From: an uncultured virus (IMG/VR IMGVR_UViG_3300020048_000047)
Taxonomy: Duplodnaviria > Heunggongvirae > Uroviricota > Caudoviricetes
Length of the DNA stretch: 64,000 nt
Virus record (IMG/VR): IMGVR_UViG_3300020048_000047
Span: 1 to 64,000 of that record
Reading direction: 5' to 3' (one strand)
Made by a program: the position numbers and the translations under genes. The notes under the pieces were generated by a model that worked only from the letters and a program-made list of their open reading frames with translations, was not told the DNA's origin and did not search any database. Positions 50,625 through 60,454 of this stretch are shown here, piece by piece; within the stretch, counting starts at the first letter, position 1, and each line of letters starts with the position of its first letter.

Positions 50625-51005
50625 TTATTCATCATAAGTTTTAATTAATGATATACCAACATTTCTTAAGTTTTGATTATCACTTTTTTGCAAAGCTGAA
50701 CCTAAACCATTATAAATTTCTTTTCTAATTAGATTATTATCAGATGTTTTTTTAACTATGTCATCAATATAACCGAATAAACTAGTTGTGTCCGAACCAT
50801 CAAATCTATTATTAATATCATTGAGTATTGATGAAACTAGTTCTTGAATATCTTCACCTGTTTTTTGAGGACCGATTGTTGGTCCTTGTAATTGACTATT
50901 ATCTCCAAATTCTGATTCTTTTATTAATCCTTTAGTTTGTAGATATCTTTGTTCAGCTAATATATTAGCGTTATTCAGAATATTTTTTTTGTCGTGTCTT
51001 CTCAT
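50625..51005 (-). CDS. Hypothetical protein (stand-alone transcription unit)
   Basis: 126 aa with its own ATATTTAT motif and terminator. Confidence 0.65.
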   Translation of the reverse strand: MRRHDKKNILNNANILAEQRYLQTKGLIKESEFGDNSQLQGPTIGPQKTGEDIQELVSSILNDINNRFDGSDTTSLFGYIDDIVKKTSDNNLIRKEIYNGLGSALQKSDNQNLRNVGISLIKTYDE

Positions 51006-51033
51006 AGTATTTTTATTTATAAATATCTTAAAT

Positions 51034-51080
51034 AAAATAAAAAATCCTTATATAAAAACTATATAAGGATTTTTTATTTT
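51034..51080 (-). terminator. Rho-independent terminator after the tail tube gene
   Basis: AAAATAAAAAATCCTTATATA-AAAAC-TATATAAGGATTTTTTATTTT. Confidence 0.75.
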
Positions 51081-51090
51081 TAATCTTATA

Positions 51091-51579
51091 CTAGAATAAT
51101 AAGATTGCTCTGTCAAATCTCATAGTTGCAGTGATTTCAGCGATACCGTCATCATCCATTGATAAGTCACCGAAGCCAACGTTAGTTAACATCGTTCCAT
51201 CAAGTAACCATTTTTCAACAACAACACCCGTTGGGTCAAGCATTTCAAGTTCTACTGGACGTTTGTAACCAGCAGCGTAGCCTTGACGGCCAGTGATTGA
51301 TTCTGAGTGTAGACGAACCCATTCCATAATAGCTTGTGCAGCTGATGGACCAATTGGGTCACGGAATACTACATCGATTGCTTCCCATGTAAAACGACCA
51401 ATAACCCATGTAGATGTGTTAAGGAAAGGAATTTCAACTTCATTTTGTGTTATTGAAGGTCTTGAAGCTGAAGATAACCACCATTGTTGGATACCAAGGT
51501 CAGCTGGGAAAGTAATTAACCAACGATTCTTTTTCTTAGGCTCGTAAGGTAAAGGCATTTTCATTAATAAATCGGCCAT
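51091..51579 (-). CDS. Tail tube protein (T4 gp19-like)
   Basis: YEPKKKNRW, RPSI, GRFTWEAI, DPIGPSAAQAIMEW, GYKRPVELEMLDPTGVVVEKW. Confidence 0.9.
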   Translation of the reverse strand: MADLLMKMPLPYEPKKKNRWLITFPADLGIQQWWLSSASRPSITQNEVEIPFLNTSTWVIGRFTWEAIDVVFRDPIGPSAAQAIMEWVRLHSESITGRQGYAAGYKRPVELEMLDPTGVVVEKWLLDGTMLTNVGFGDLSMDDDGIAEITATMRFDRAILLF

Positions 51580-51701
51580 GTTGTATTTGTTTTAAAGTTT
51601 TTTCTTATTTATTATAAATATATCAGTTTTTATTTTTTTCTTAAAGAAACTAAGTTCTTTATGTATAAATATAAAGCTATTGAAAAATATTTACATTTTA
51701 G

Positions 51702-52115
51702 TTATTTTTTTGATAATAATTCATTCATAAACCCACTTAGATTTATTTCTTCAACACCAATAATCTTAGCTTGTTCATTAAACTTGTTAACAAAATCATC
51801 AGATGAATTTAAAAATCTTTCAGAAGCATTTTTCATACCCTTTAATTCTAAATCATTCATGAGTTCTTCCCTCTTGTTTGAATCTTCCATTGACCTTTTA
51901 ATGTCACGCATCGTTTCAGCGTCATTTAATGCATTCTCAGCATCTTTCTTGTTATGACCAGTAAGTTGCACACCAAGAAGCTTAGCTACGCCAAAAACGA
52001 TATTTTTAGGTAATACTGGCATATCAGTTTTAGCCTCTTCTTTTAATAAACGAACTTGTTTTCCGTGTAATAAAATTCTTGTGTATTGAGCTTCGGTTAT
52101 TCTAATTTTAGTCAT
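51702..52115 (-). CDS. Hypothetical protein with MTKIRITEAQY N-terminal motif
   Basis: 137 aa, between the sheath and tube genes, with its own ATATTTAT motif. Confidence 0.65.
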   Translation of the reverse strand: MTKIRITEAQYTRILLHGKQVRLLKEEAKTDMPVLPKNIVFGVAKLLGVQLTGHNKKDAENALNDAETMRDIKRSMEDSNKREELMNDLELKGMKNASERFLNSSDDFVNKFNEQAKIIGVEEINLSGFMNELLSKK

Positions 52116-52144
52116 AGTTTTTATTTATAAATATTTAGTAAAAT

Positions 52145-52175
52145 AAAAAAAAGCCCCTTAAACGAGGCTCTTTTT
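52145..52175 (-). terminator. Terminator-like hairpin after the sheath gene
   Basis: AAAAAAAAGCCCC-TTAAAC-GAGGCTCTTTTT (imperfect stem). Confidence 0.55.
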
Positions 52176-52192
52176 ATTTTAGTTATAATCGT

Positions 52193-55060
52193 TTAGATGT
52201 TATCGAATGATGCACCTGTATTCATGATTACAAATTCTACTTGGATAAACTCTAATGCTCTTGTTGGTTTCAAGAATATTTGACCTGTTAATTGGTTTCT
52301 GTCGATATCCTCTGGGTCGTTTGAAAGAACAACACGGAAATCAGTTAAACCTCTTTCAGCTCTAATGTTATCTAAGATTGGGTTAACAAGGCTTAAGAAT
52401 TGGTTTCTAACAACTGTATCATTTTGTTCGAATAACAATCTGATAGAAACAGCTGAAATAAGTTTTCTTGCTTGTAATAGAAGTCTTCTAACATTGATTC
52501 TGTTAAGAGCTGTATCTTTAACTTGAAGAGTTTTATTACCCCAGATTTTGATACCATCTGATGTGAAGGTAGCGATTGGGTTAATTCTATTTTCGTAAAG
52601 TGTATCTCTTTCAGCAAGTGTTAGTTTCTTACGAGCTTGGATAGCGTCACAATCACCTCTTTGAATACCAGCAACAGCAAACCATGGGAATGAAATATTG
52701 TCAGTTAAAGCGATGTTTCTTACAACGTCACGTGTTGGTGGAACGAAGATAAGTACGTTATTTTCAGCGTCATTGATTTGAATCCATGGCCAGTAAGTAC
52801 ATGAGTAGTTACTATCATACATTCCATCTAATTGGTCAGTTATATCTTCAGTTGTCATTACAGCACCACCACCATCTAAGTCTGGTGTTGTCATAATATA
52901 CAATGAGTCAGCTCTATCTTGTTCAACCATATCAATAGTTGCTTCAATTAAGTTAGTATTGTCTATGTTATCAATACCTGGTGTTGCAAACACATTGATA
53001 TTAACAGCTTCTGGGTTTTTGAATGTCCAAATAGCTTCTAAATATGCATAATAATCTGAATTGATACCTCTATCACCGTTAGAAAGAGTTCTATTAGCAA
53101 ATGTTTCACTAAGTAAACCTACAGAACCTTTCGAACCATTAATAGTGAAAGCATCTGTATTACTTCTTCTAGTTCTGTAAATATCCCATCCATCATAACC
53201 ACCGTAAGGTGCAAATGTGAATTTACGTGCATAGATTCTTTCATAAGGTCCAGCAACTCCATTTATTGTTAATCCAGCTTCAGTTCTAAATTGCCAGTCA
53301 CCTGTTTCGAATTCAAATACTGGGCTATAAGTATTACCAGAATTGTCGATAACAACAGTCACATTGTCAATAGTTACAGCAGAAGCATCAACGTCCATAT
53401 GGAAACCTTTAGTCATACCAGTCCACATATTTAATGTTGTTGAATTTGGAACACCTTTGTAATCAAAGAAGTCAGCATCAATACCTACAGTTTCAGAAAG
53501 ACCTAAATAGAATTTACGTTTATTTTCAAATTCGCCATATGTTTTTTTGTATAACATGTTAGGGTTAACAGCTTGAGATTGACCATTTGATTGATAATTT
53601 CTAATTGGGAAACCAACAAAACCAGCTGGAAAAGCTTCACTTGTATCAGTAGTATCATCGCATTCAACAAGTACATAAGAAGATTTAGAAACGTATACAC
53701 CATCAAGTGTACCAATTCGTCTACCAATGTAGTTAGCTGATGTTGGGTCCATAACACATTTGCTGAATTTCTCTAATATTAAAGGAGATGCATCTGTATC
53801 ATAGAAACCTCTAACTGATACGTCAAATTCTTTAGTATCTGGTTTAATGTTGCTAATAGAAATTTTGAATTGTTCATTAGCCGCATTACCATCAGAAATA
53901 GTATGAAGTCTGAAAAGTCTTAATACTTTATTACCACGTAACTCAGATACAACGAAAGGAGTTACCGCTGGTTGATATTCATTTAAATAATCTTTATTTT
54001 CTGTACGATATTCAATAAGTGATTGTTTAATACCTCTAACTTTACCAGCAGTATTAAGTGATTTAAATAAATTAGAGTAGAATTCTTCAACGAATAAAGC
54101 TGTATTACCATCTTGTGCTGTTCTACCTAATACTTTTGGTAAGTAATTGGTTTTTGTATTATCAAGTGTTAATTGATAATCAAATGTCCCTTGTCTTGTT
54201 GATACACCGCTTAATGGAATAATACCTAATGGATTAGTTGTTGATGTTGATAATGCTGGGTCAAATAATACATTACCAGTTACACCTGTAATTTCGAAAT
54301 CAATTACTTGACTTGTTGCATTTACACTACCTCTAGAACGTAATAAAGCGATAACTTTATTTTCTACATCTGAATATGATGCACCAGAATAATGTACTGT
54401 AATACCACTTGTTGTACCAGTTTTATCGCCAGTACCAGTTGTACCACTTGCATCTACTGTAATAGTAAATGAAGCACCACTAAAACTAGAACCAGTTTTA
54501 ATAAAATTGGCACCAACAGTATATTCAACACCAATTTCTCTTTGAGATAAATTAGCTAGTGTAGTTGTTAATGTTCCATCGTCAATAAGTGCTTGAACCA
54601 TTGGGTCAGAAGATACTAAACTAAGTATTGTATTACCAGATGTTGCAGAATATGTAATTAATGGTTGTGTTCCACCAGTATAAGTATATGTACCAGTAGA
54701 TGCCGATGATGTCGTATCAATCGCACTATCTAAAACAAGACCCCAAGATAAACCAGCATCGTAGCCAGAAAGACCTAAAACTCTTGTCACAAATAGTTGA
54801 TTAGATTGTGACAAATATGATTTTGCGATATATGGTAACTCATATAAAGGAGCACCATTATCTTTTACCTTGGTTGCGTTAAGACCACCAAAGAATGATT
54901 GGAACTCACCGTAGTTGCCAATGAAAATTGGTTGGAAAGCTGGACCGATTGTTGTCTCACCTACCAAACCAAGAGTTGTGACACCTACTTGTTTTGTAAC
55001 GAATGTTAAATCTTTTTCTGATGTATAGACACCAGGACTAACGAATACTTTTTGTGACAT
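52193..55060 (-). CDS. Contractile tail sheath protein (T4 gp18-like)
   Basis: FVSPGVYTSEKD, GETTIGPAF, PWFAVAG..RG, LYENRINPI, IWGNKTL, RINVRRLL, FEQND, KPTRALEFI. Confidence 0.95.
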   Translation of the reverse strand: MSQKVFVSPGVYTSEKDLTFVTKQVGVTTLGLVGETTIGPAFQPIFIGNYGEFQSFFGGLNATKVKDNGAPLYELPYIAKSYLSQSNQLFVTRVLGLSGYDAGLSWGLVLDSAIDTTSSASTGTYTYTGGTQPLITYSATSGNTILSLVSSDPMVQALIDDGTLTTTLANLSQREIGVEYTVGANFIKTGSSFSGASFTITVDASGTTGTGDKTGTTSGITVHYSGASYSDVENKVIALLRSRGSVNATSQVIDFEITGVTGNVLFDPALSTSTTNPLGIIPLSGVSTRQGTFDYQLTLDNTKTNYLPKVLGRTAQDGNTALFVEEFYSNLFKSLNTAGKVRGIKQSLIEYRTENKDYLNEYQPAVTPFVVSELRGNKVLRLFRLHTISDGNAANEQFKISISNIKPDTKEFDVSVRGFYDTDASPLILEKFSKCVMDPTSANYIGRRIGTLDGVYVSKSSYVLVECDDTTDTSEAFPAGFVGFPIRNYQSNGQSQAVNPNMLYKKTYGEFENKRKFYLGLSETVGIDADFFDYKGVPNSTTLNMWTGMTKGFHMDVDASAVTIDNVTVVIDNSGNTYSPVFEFETGDWQFRTEAGLTINGVAGPYERIYARKFTFAPYGGYDGWDIYRTRRSNTDAFTINGSKGSVGLLSETFANRTLSNGDRGINSDYYAYLEAIWTFKNPEAVNINVFATPGIDNIDNTNLIEATIDMVEQDRADSLYIMTTPDLDGGGAVMTTEDITDQLDGMYDSNYSCTYWPWIQINDAENNVLIFVPPTRDVVRNIALTDNISFPWFAVAGIQRGDCDAIQARKKLTLAERDTLYENRINPIATFTSDGIKIWGNKTLQVKDTALNRINVRRLLLQARKLISAVSIRLLFEQNDTVVRNQFLSLVNPILDNIRAERGLTDFRVVLSNDPEDIDRNQLTGQIFLKPTRALEFIQVEFVIMNTGASFDNI

Positions 55061-55222
55061 ATTGTTTTTGTTTTTTAAATGTTATTATTTACTTTAACCT
55101 TTTCTTTATTATAAATATTAGGTTTTTTTCAAAAGTAATTGGATATCGAAATATATATTAATATTGCTATGCCTTTTGTCATACTTTTATCATACTATAT
55201 CGATATTTATAAAAAAAACGCT

Positions 55223-55375
55223 ATGAAAAGAGATAAAAATTTAAAAATAACACCAAAAAGTCATGAACTACTTAAAAAGTATTGTGAAGAAAATGGTCTT
55301 AAAATGTTTGCTTTTGTCGAAAAGTTAATTCGTGAAAAATGCCTACCAAAAAAGGGTCTTTATGATGAAGACTAG
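55223..55375 (+). CDS. Small ribbon-helix-helix-like DNA-binding protein
   Basis: MKRDKNLKITPKSHELLKKYCEENGLKMFAFVEKLIREKC. It is the only convincing plus-strand gene and has ATATTTAT at 55203-55210 on the plus strand. Confidence 0.7.
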   Translation: MKRDKNLKITPKSHELLKKYCEENGLKMFAFVEKLIREKCLPKKGLYDED

Positions 55376-56442
55376 TCTTTTTTGAAAAATGAATTAGGAT
55401 TATCTTCCGATATCATCTTAAATAAAGCTTCCCCTAAATATGCCCTTAAATCTAGACTAAATCTACTTTCATTAGCTTTGGTCTCAACCATATAGTAATC
55501 AGAACCAAATAGAATCTTATCTTTTATTATATCTTTAGTTAATAAAACTTTCAATAATGAGAAATATTCTTCGTCATTCATGGTGAAAGAAATATCGGTG
55601 TAAAGGTTATCATATTTCAACATCATTGATTTTATCTTAATAAACCAATTTGTTTCATCATAAGCTAAATCATCTAAAAACTTATCCCAATAATAACTTG
55701 ACCCGAAATGTGCTAAACAAATCTTAAGATTAGGAAAATCTCTCATTACATATTCCCAATTTGATGGGTCAGTAAAATGTGAACATAAATCTTTATTAGA
55801 TTTTCCTTTCGTATTTATCGGTGTTTTTGATTTAGACAATAACTCAATCAATTCTTTTTTAGAACCTTTAAAATGCACTGGGTTGAATGGACTACAATGT
55901 GTTATTATTGGTATATGATTATTTTGACAATAATCATAAATCGGATATAATCGTTCATCATATGGAAAATAACCTATTGGTGGGTAAATCTTAACACCCA
56001 TAAAACCTTGTTGTTCTATCGCTGTTCTAACTCTTAGAAATGAATTTGCTCTCCTTGGGTCTATATGTATAAATGGTATTACCGTTTCTGGGTATTTTTT
56101 CTTTAATTCGGCTAATTCCTTTATTTGTTCTGGATATAAACGTTCTACTTTACCAGCACCCATATAGGCCATATCCATTGGTAATATAACGAATTTGGTA
56201 TCTGGGTCATAGTTTTTTGTACATTCATTAAAAATTTTCTCTTGGCTTCCAAGTCTACCAATTGTTATGAATTTTAAATATCTATTAAAAACATCATCAG
56301 TTGAAAATGGGTTTAGTAGGTTTAAAAACCTACCAATCAATTTAAATCCAATATTAGATGATAATATTCTAACTAAGTGTAAAGGTAGAAATTTTTCTGG
56401 AACATCTATGTCCCTAAATGTATGAATATGAGTATTGAACAT
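55372..56442 (-). CDS. Amidohydrolase family (TIM-barrel metal-dependent hydrolase)
   Basis: HIHTF, GVKIYPPIG, ITHCS, CLAHFG, LYTDIS, LFGSDY. Confidence 0.85.
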   Translation of the reverse strand: MFNTHIHTFRDIDVPEKFLPLHLVRILSSNIGFKLIGRFLNLLNPFSTDDVFNRYLKFITIGRLGSQEKIFNECTKNYDPDTKFVILPMDMAYMGAGKVERLYPEQIKELAELKKKYPETVIPFIHIDPRRANSFLRVRTAIEQQGFMGVKIYPPIGYFPYDERLYPIYDYCQNNHIPIITHCSPFNPVHFKGSKKELIELLSKSKTPINTKGKSNKDLCSHFTDPSNWEYVMRDFPNLKICLAHFGSSYYWDKFLDDLAYDETNWFIKIKSMMLKYDNLYTDISFTMNDEEYFSLLKVLLTKDIIKDKILFGSDYYMVETKANESRFSLDLRAYLGEALFKMISEDNPNSFFKKD

Positions 56443-56443
56443 T

Positions 56444-56623
56444 TTATTTGCTATTATATTTTATTGTTAGTTTTTTGAAATCTTCTTCATGTTTTGTTTT
56501 TAACTTTAATAAACCATCAGTATCATTCAATTCATTTAATTTTTTTTCTCTCGCTTTGAAAGAATCTTCCATTAATATAAATTCTTCCCAGAATTTTTCT
56601 TCTTTACTCATTTCTTGCATCAT
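56444..56623 (-). CDS. Small hypothetical protein (59 aa)
   Basis: Not in the ORF track. Manual translation MMQEMSKEEKFWEEFILMEDSFKAREKKL...KYNSK*; it fills the gap between neighbours exactly. Confidence 0.6.
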   Translation of the reverse strand: MMQEMSKEEKFWEEFILMEDSFKAREKKLNELNDTDGLLKLKTKHEEDFKKLTIKYNSK

Positions 56624-56633
56624 AATAATTTTA

Positions 56634-57566
56634 TTACCAACACGTTATTATTACTAATCCATCACCGCCTCTACCACCAGAACCTCCAGCCCCAGCATTA
56701 GCAGTAGATGTTCCACCACCGCCTCCACCACCACAACCATAAGCTGCATTTCCACCAAATCCTCCAACACCACTTATATTTCCAGCACCACCAGCACCGC
56801 CAGTGAATAACATCGGTTTACTAGCTGATGAATTAGATGATGGAATTACTGACATATATCCACCACTACCATTAGCACCAGCAGTTTTCCCACCTAAAAT
56901 TGTATTAACCCAACCAGCACCAGTTATATCATCACCAGCATACCAAGTTCCAGCAGCGTTTGCTCCAGAACCACCAGCTCCACCAGTCACTGGTAAGGCT
57001 ATTGTAACATTAGGACCAACAGCTGAAGAAGCACCTCCAACCACACCAGCTTGACCAGCAGATGCAGTAATTTGACCCATTTGTGGAAATATATGAATAG
57101 CGAAATCCCATATAGTACCAGCTCCACCAGCGGCACCCCCAGATGTACTGTTACTACCACCACCACCAGTTGGCACAGCAGCACCACTTTTCATTAAAAT
57201 GGCTTCAGTTGCTATGCTTGAAGTTAATGAAACATAAGTCAATTCGCCAGATACACCAATAGTACTAGCACCACCACCAGCACCACCTTTACCTACTTGG
57301 ATATATAAAATATCTGGTAATAAAGAAGCTGGGTATAGACCAGTTGCAAAAGCACCAGTACCACCACCGCCACCACCGCCACGGGCCAGCGTTACAGTGC
57401 CAGTACCACCACCGCCACCACCAGCTCCACTACCAAGAACGAATAATTTAACGAACTTAGCATTATGTGGTTTATTCCATATTTGCCATGAAGTAGCTCC
57501 ACTAGAACTAACATAGAATACTTGGTTATTTAAAGTATCATTAGGTGTATTAAATATATCTATCAT
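56634..57566 (-). CDS. Glycine-rich virion protein, paralog 1
   Basis: MIDIF..WQIWNKP..LGSGAGGGGGG...GGRGGDGLVIITCW. Confidence 0.7.
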   Translation of the reverse strand: MIDIFNTPNDTLNNQVFYVSSSGATSWQIWNKPHNAKFVKLFVLGSGAGGGGGGTGTVTLARGGGGGGGTGAFATGLYPASLLPDILYIQVGKGGAGGGASTIGVSGELTYVSLTSSIATEAILMKSGAAVPTGGGGSNSTSGGAAGGAGTIWDFAIHIFPQMGQITASAGQAGVVGGASSAVGPNVTIALPVTGGAGGSGANAAGTWYAGDDITGAGWVNTILGGKTAGANGSGGYMSVIPSSNSSASKPMLFTGGAGGAGNISGVGGFGGNAAYGCGGGGGGGTSTANAGAGGSGGRGGDGLVIITCW

Positions 57567-57572
57567 TTTTTA

Positions 57573-58601
57573 TTAAAATTTATTTAAATAATTAACTAAA
57601 TTATTAACTTTATCTTTTGTAATTAATGGTAACATTGCCATCCAATTTCTAAGTCCTTCTTTTTTTGTGAACTCTTTAAATTTTGCCTTAGATTGGTTAG
57701 AACCGCTTAATAGAAAGTTAATTTCATCAGTAGTTACATCATCTTTAAAGCTAGACATAATACCCATTTTAACTAAGTCATCTTTCATGGCTTGTAATTC
57801 AGCGTAATGTTCTTCTGGTGATTGCAACCAATCTATATAATCTCTATCGATTAGGTAATCAATACCAGTCATTTTTTTAATATCAACGGAAAGTGTATCG
57901 ATATTTCTAATTATTGATTCTATATTATCTAAATATTTAGTTAACCCTTTTTCGTTATTACTAAAATCTTTATTATAATCTAATTTAGAAAATCTTTTAG
58001 TCTTATTTTTATCCATAAATTCATTTTTGCTTTCATACTCATCATCAACCGAAAAATCGATATCATGAAACATTTCGTGAATTATTACGTGAACAGTTTG
58101 TGATTTTGTTAACCCTTTTTCTACGAAAATATAATTTTTGTTATTGAATACCGTAAAAAAACCATCAGCCCTACCATCCACTATTGAGTCTATTATATTT
58201 CCATCAGCTTCAACAAATACTGTTTTATTTATTTTCTGAATTATACTTTCCTTATTCGGTGTATTTTTATGATTCAATGCCATAAAAATAGTGTCTTTAG
58301 CTTGATTAACCATAGTTTTGAATTCTAGTGATTGAAATTTATCTAACGATTTAACCAATGTTTGATATTCATCTAGATGTTCAACAGCAACTTCTTTCTT
58401 TTGTTGATTATTTAAATTCAAAATTGATGGATTGGGTTTATGTTCACCAAAATTACCAGCCGCAACACTTAAAAACGTTAAAGCACCAGCAATAATATTT
58501 GCCCATCTACCCTCATTTAAAAGTTCTAGTTCGTTGATTTCTTGCTCAGAAAGTATCTTTAAAAGTTCTTCCCTTAAAATTAATTTAATATTATCCTTCA
58601 T
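57573..58601 (-). CDS. Putative zincin metallopeptidase
   Basis: VIIHEMFH (HExxH) with a downstream EEHYAE; N-terminal IKLILREEL motif and a hydrophobic segment. Confidence 0.55.
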   Translation of the reverse strand: MKDNIKLILREELLKILSEQEINELELLNEGRWANIIAGALTFLSVAAGNFGEHKPNPSILNLNNQQKKEVAVEHLDEYQTLVKSLDKFQSLEFKTMVNQAKDTIFMALNHKNTPNKESIIQKINKTVFVEADGNIIDSIVDGRADGFFTVFNNKNYIFVEKGLTKSQTVHVIIHEMFHDIDFSVDDEYESKNEFMDKNKTKRFSKLDYNKDFSNNEKGLTKYLDNIESIIRNIDTLSVDIKKMTGIDYLIDRDYIDWLQSPEEHYAELQAMKDDLVKMGIMSSFKDDVTTDEINFLLSGSNQSKAKFKEFTKKEGLRNWMAMLPLITKDKVNNLVNYLNKF

Positions 58602-58613
58602 TTATTTATTTTA

Positions 58614-59528
58614 TTACCAACACGTTATTATTACAATTCCATCACCACCACGACCACCAGCTCCACCTAGTAATGTGAAGCCACCAGCACCACCACCACC
58701 ACCAGAGCCAAAAGTCCCAGCACCTCCATTGCCACCAGGTCCTAAATTACTAGATGCACCACCAGCACCACCAGTGAATAACATCGGTTGTTTAGATGAC
58801 AAATTAGATGATGGTATACTAGTCATATAACCACCACTACCAGTATCTCCAGAACTTTGCCCACCTAAAACTGTGTTTATAAATCCAGCACCAGTTATAT
58901 TACCACCATTTTGCGGTGTGGTTCCATTAGGTCCAGCACCAGCAGCACCACCTGTTGTAATACCAGCAATTGTAATATTAGCTGGTACTGCGGTTGTTTG
59001 TCCTATAGCACCAGCTTGACCAGCATAAACATTGGCTATACCGAAAAAATCTAAAATACCACCACCCCACACTGTACCAGCAGTACCAGCTGTACCATCA
59101 CTTGCACCACCACCAGCAGCGTTTGCTCCACTTACTAGTAACATATTAATACTTGTATGACCAGAATCGGGTAGAACACCAACATATGATAAACTACCAG
59201 CACCACCAGCACCACCAGCAATACCACCACCAGCACCACCAGCACCACCAAATCCAACTTGAACAAATAAAGTATCTGGAAGCATTGAAGCACTAAATAA
59301 ACCAGTGGTTAATGAAGATGAACCACCACCAGCACCACCACGTCTAGACGTACCAGAACCACCACCAACTCCACCAGCGGCACCGCCACCACCACCTAAT
59401 AGAATAAATTGAACAAATTTAGCATTGTTTGGTTTATTCCATATTCGCCACGACACTCCACCAGTTGAATTAGCATAATATACTTGTCTACTTAAACTAT
59501 CATTAGGAAAATTAAATGTATCTATCAT
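58614..59528 (-). CDS. Glycine-rich virion protein, paralog 2
   Basis: MIDTF..WRIWNKP...GGRGGDGIVIITCW. Confidence 0.7.
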   Translation of the reverse strand: MIDTFNFPNDSLSRQVYYANSTGGVSWRIWNKPNNAKFVQFILLGGGGGAAGGVGGGSGTSRRGGAGGGSSSLTTGLFSASMLPDTLFVQVGFGGAGGAGGGIAGGAGGAGSLSYVGVLPDSGHTSINMLLVSGANAAGGGASDGTAGTAGTVWGGGILDFFGIANVYAGQAGAIGQTTAVPANITIAGITTGGAAGAGPNGTTPQNGGNITGAGFINTVLGGQSSGDTGSGGYMTSIPSSNLSSKQPMLFTGGAGGASSNLGPGGNGGAGTFGSGGGGGAGGFTLLGGAGGRGGDGIVIITCW

Positions 59529-59537
59529 ATCTTTATT

Positions 59538-60440
59538 TTATGAAACTGTTATTATTTCTCGCATCGCCCAGACTTCTTGTAACCATCCATTTCTAACACA
59601 AGAATCAAAAGCACCAGAACTTTTTAGTTTAAATTCACTTATTTTGTTATATTTTTTTGCTTCAATTAAACAATTATTTTTGTCATTCCAATAACCTTTT
59701 TTTATGTTTTTCATATGAGAACAAATTTCATCTAATATTCCATTTCTTAATGAAAATCTATAAATACTAGAATTTTTAGTCTTAAACTCATTTCTTGTTT
59801 TATATTTTAACGATTCCTCTAAACATATTTTTTTAGTGTAATTTAATTTACTCCCACCACCTAAATTACCAGTTTTTATTTTATTCAGAATATCCCAACC
59901 ATCTTTTTTATATTGTTCAACAAATTTACCTTCCAATTTAGATGCTATGGCTGCACCAACATAATCTGTTAATTGCTTTAATATTGGTTTCGAATTCATT
60001 TTATTCATATGTTTATAAACTTGACTATTTTCTTTTTTTAAATGATTTATATTTCTCTCTTTTAAATTATAAGTTAAACCAATATAAACAGATTTATCTG
60101 TAAATTCATAAACATATATACATCTTTTATACCTATTACCAATATAAACCATATGAGAACATATTTCATCTAACCAATCTTCTCTAAACGATTTCTGATA
60201 AATATTTGCTGAATTTTTATGGAATTCTTTTTTTGAACTATATTTTAATGCTTCTATTTTGCATTTTTCTTTCGTCCAAAAATCTTTAGGTTTTTGTTTA
60301 AAAAACATGTGGGTACATATTTCATCAAACCATTTATTAATATAAGCCATTTGATAAGCTCCACTGCTATTTTCTCTAAATTCTTTTTTTGAACTATATT
60401 TTAATGCTTCTATTTTACAATTTTCTTTCGTCCATTTCAT
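59538..60440 (-). CDS. GIY-YIG homing endonuclease with four repeated helical modules
   Basis: CIYVYEFTDKSVYIGLT..R...H..LE. Four repeats of the type WTKENCKIEALKYSSKKEF..WLDEICSHM, two on each side of the nuclease domain. Confidence 0.8.
   Translation of the reverse strand: MKWTKENCKIEALKYSSKKEFRENSSGAYQMAYINKWFDEICTHMFFKQKPKDFWTKEKCKIEALKYSSKKEFHKNSANIYQKSFREDWLDEICSHMVYIGNRYKRCIYVYEFTDKSVYIGLTYNLKERNINHLKKENSQVYKHMNKMNSKPILKQLTDYVGAAIASKLEGKFVEQYKKDGWDILNKIKTGNLGGGSKLNYTKKICLEESLKYKTRNEFKTKNSSIYRFSLRNGILDEICSHMKNIKKGYWNDKNNCLIEAKKYNKISEFKLKSSGAFDSCVRNGWLQEVWAMREIITVS
60223..60416. repeat. 38-bp exact direct repeat within the GIY-YIG gene (period 156 nt)
   Basis: AATTCTTTTTTTGAACTATATTTTAATGCTTCTATTTT at 60223-60260 and 60379-60416. 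Confidence 0.85.
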
Positions 60441-60454
60441 TTAATAAAAAAATT

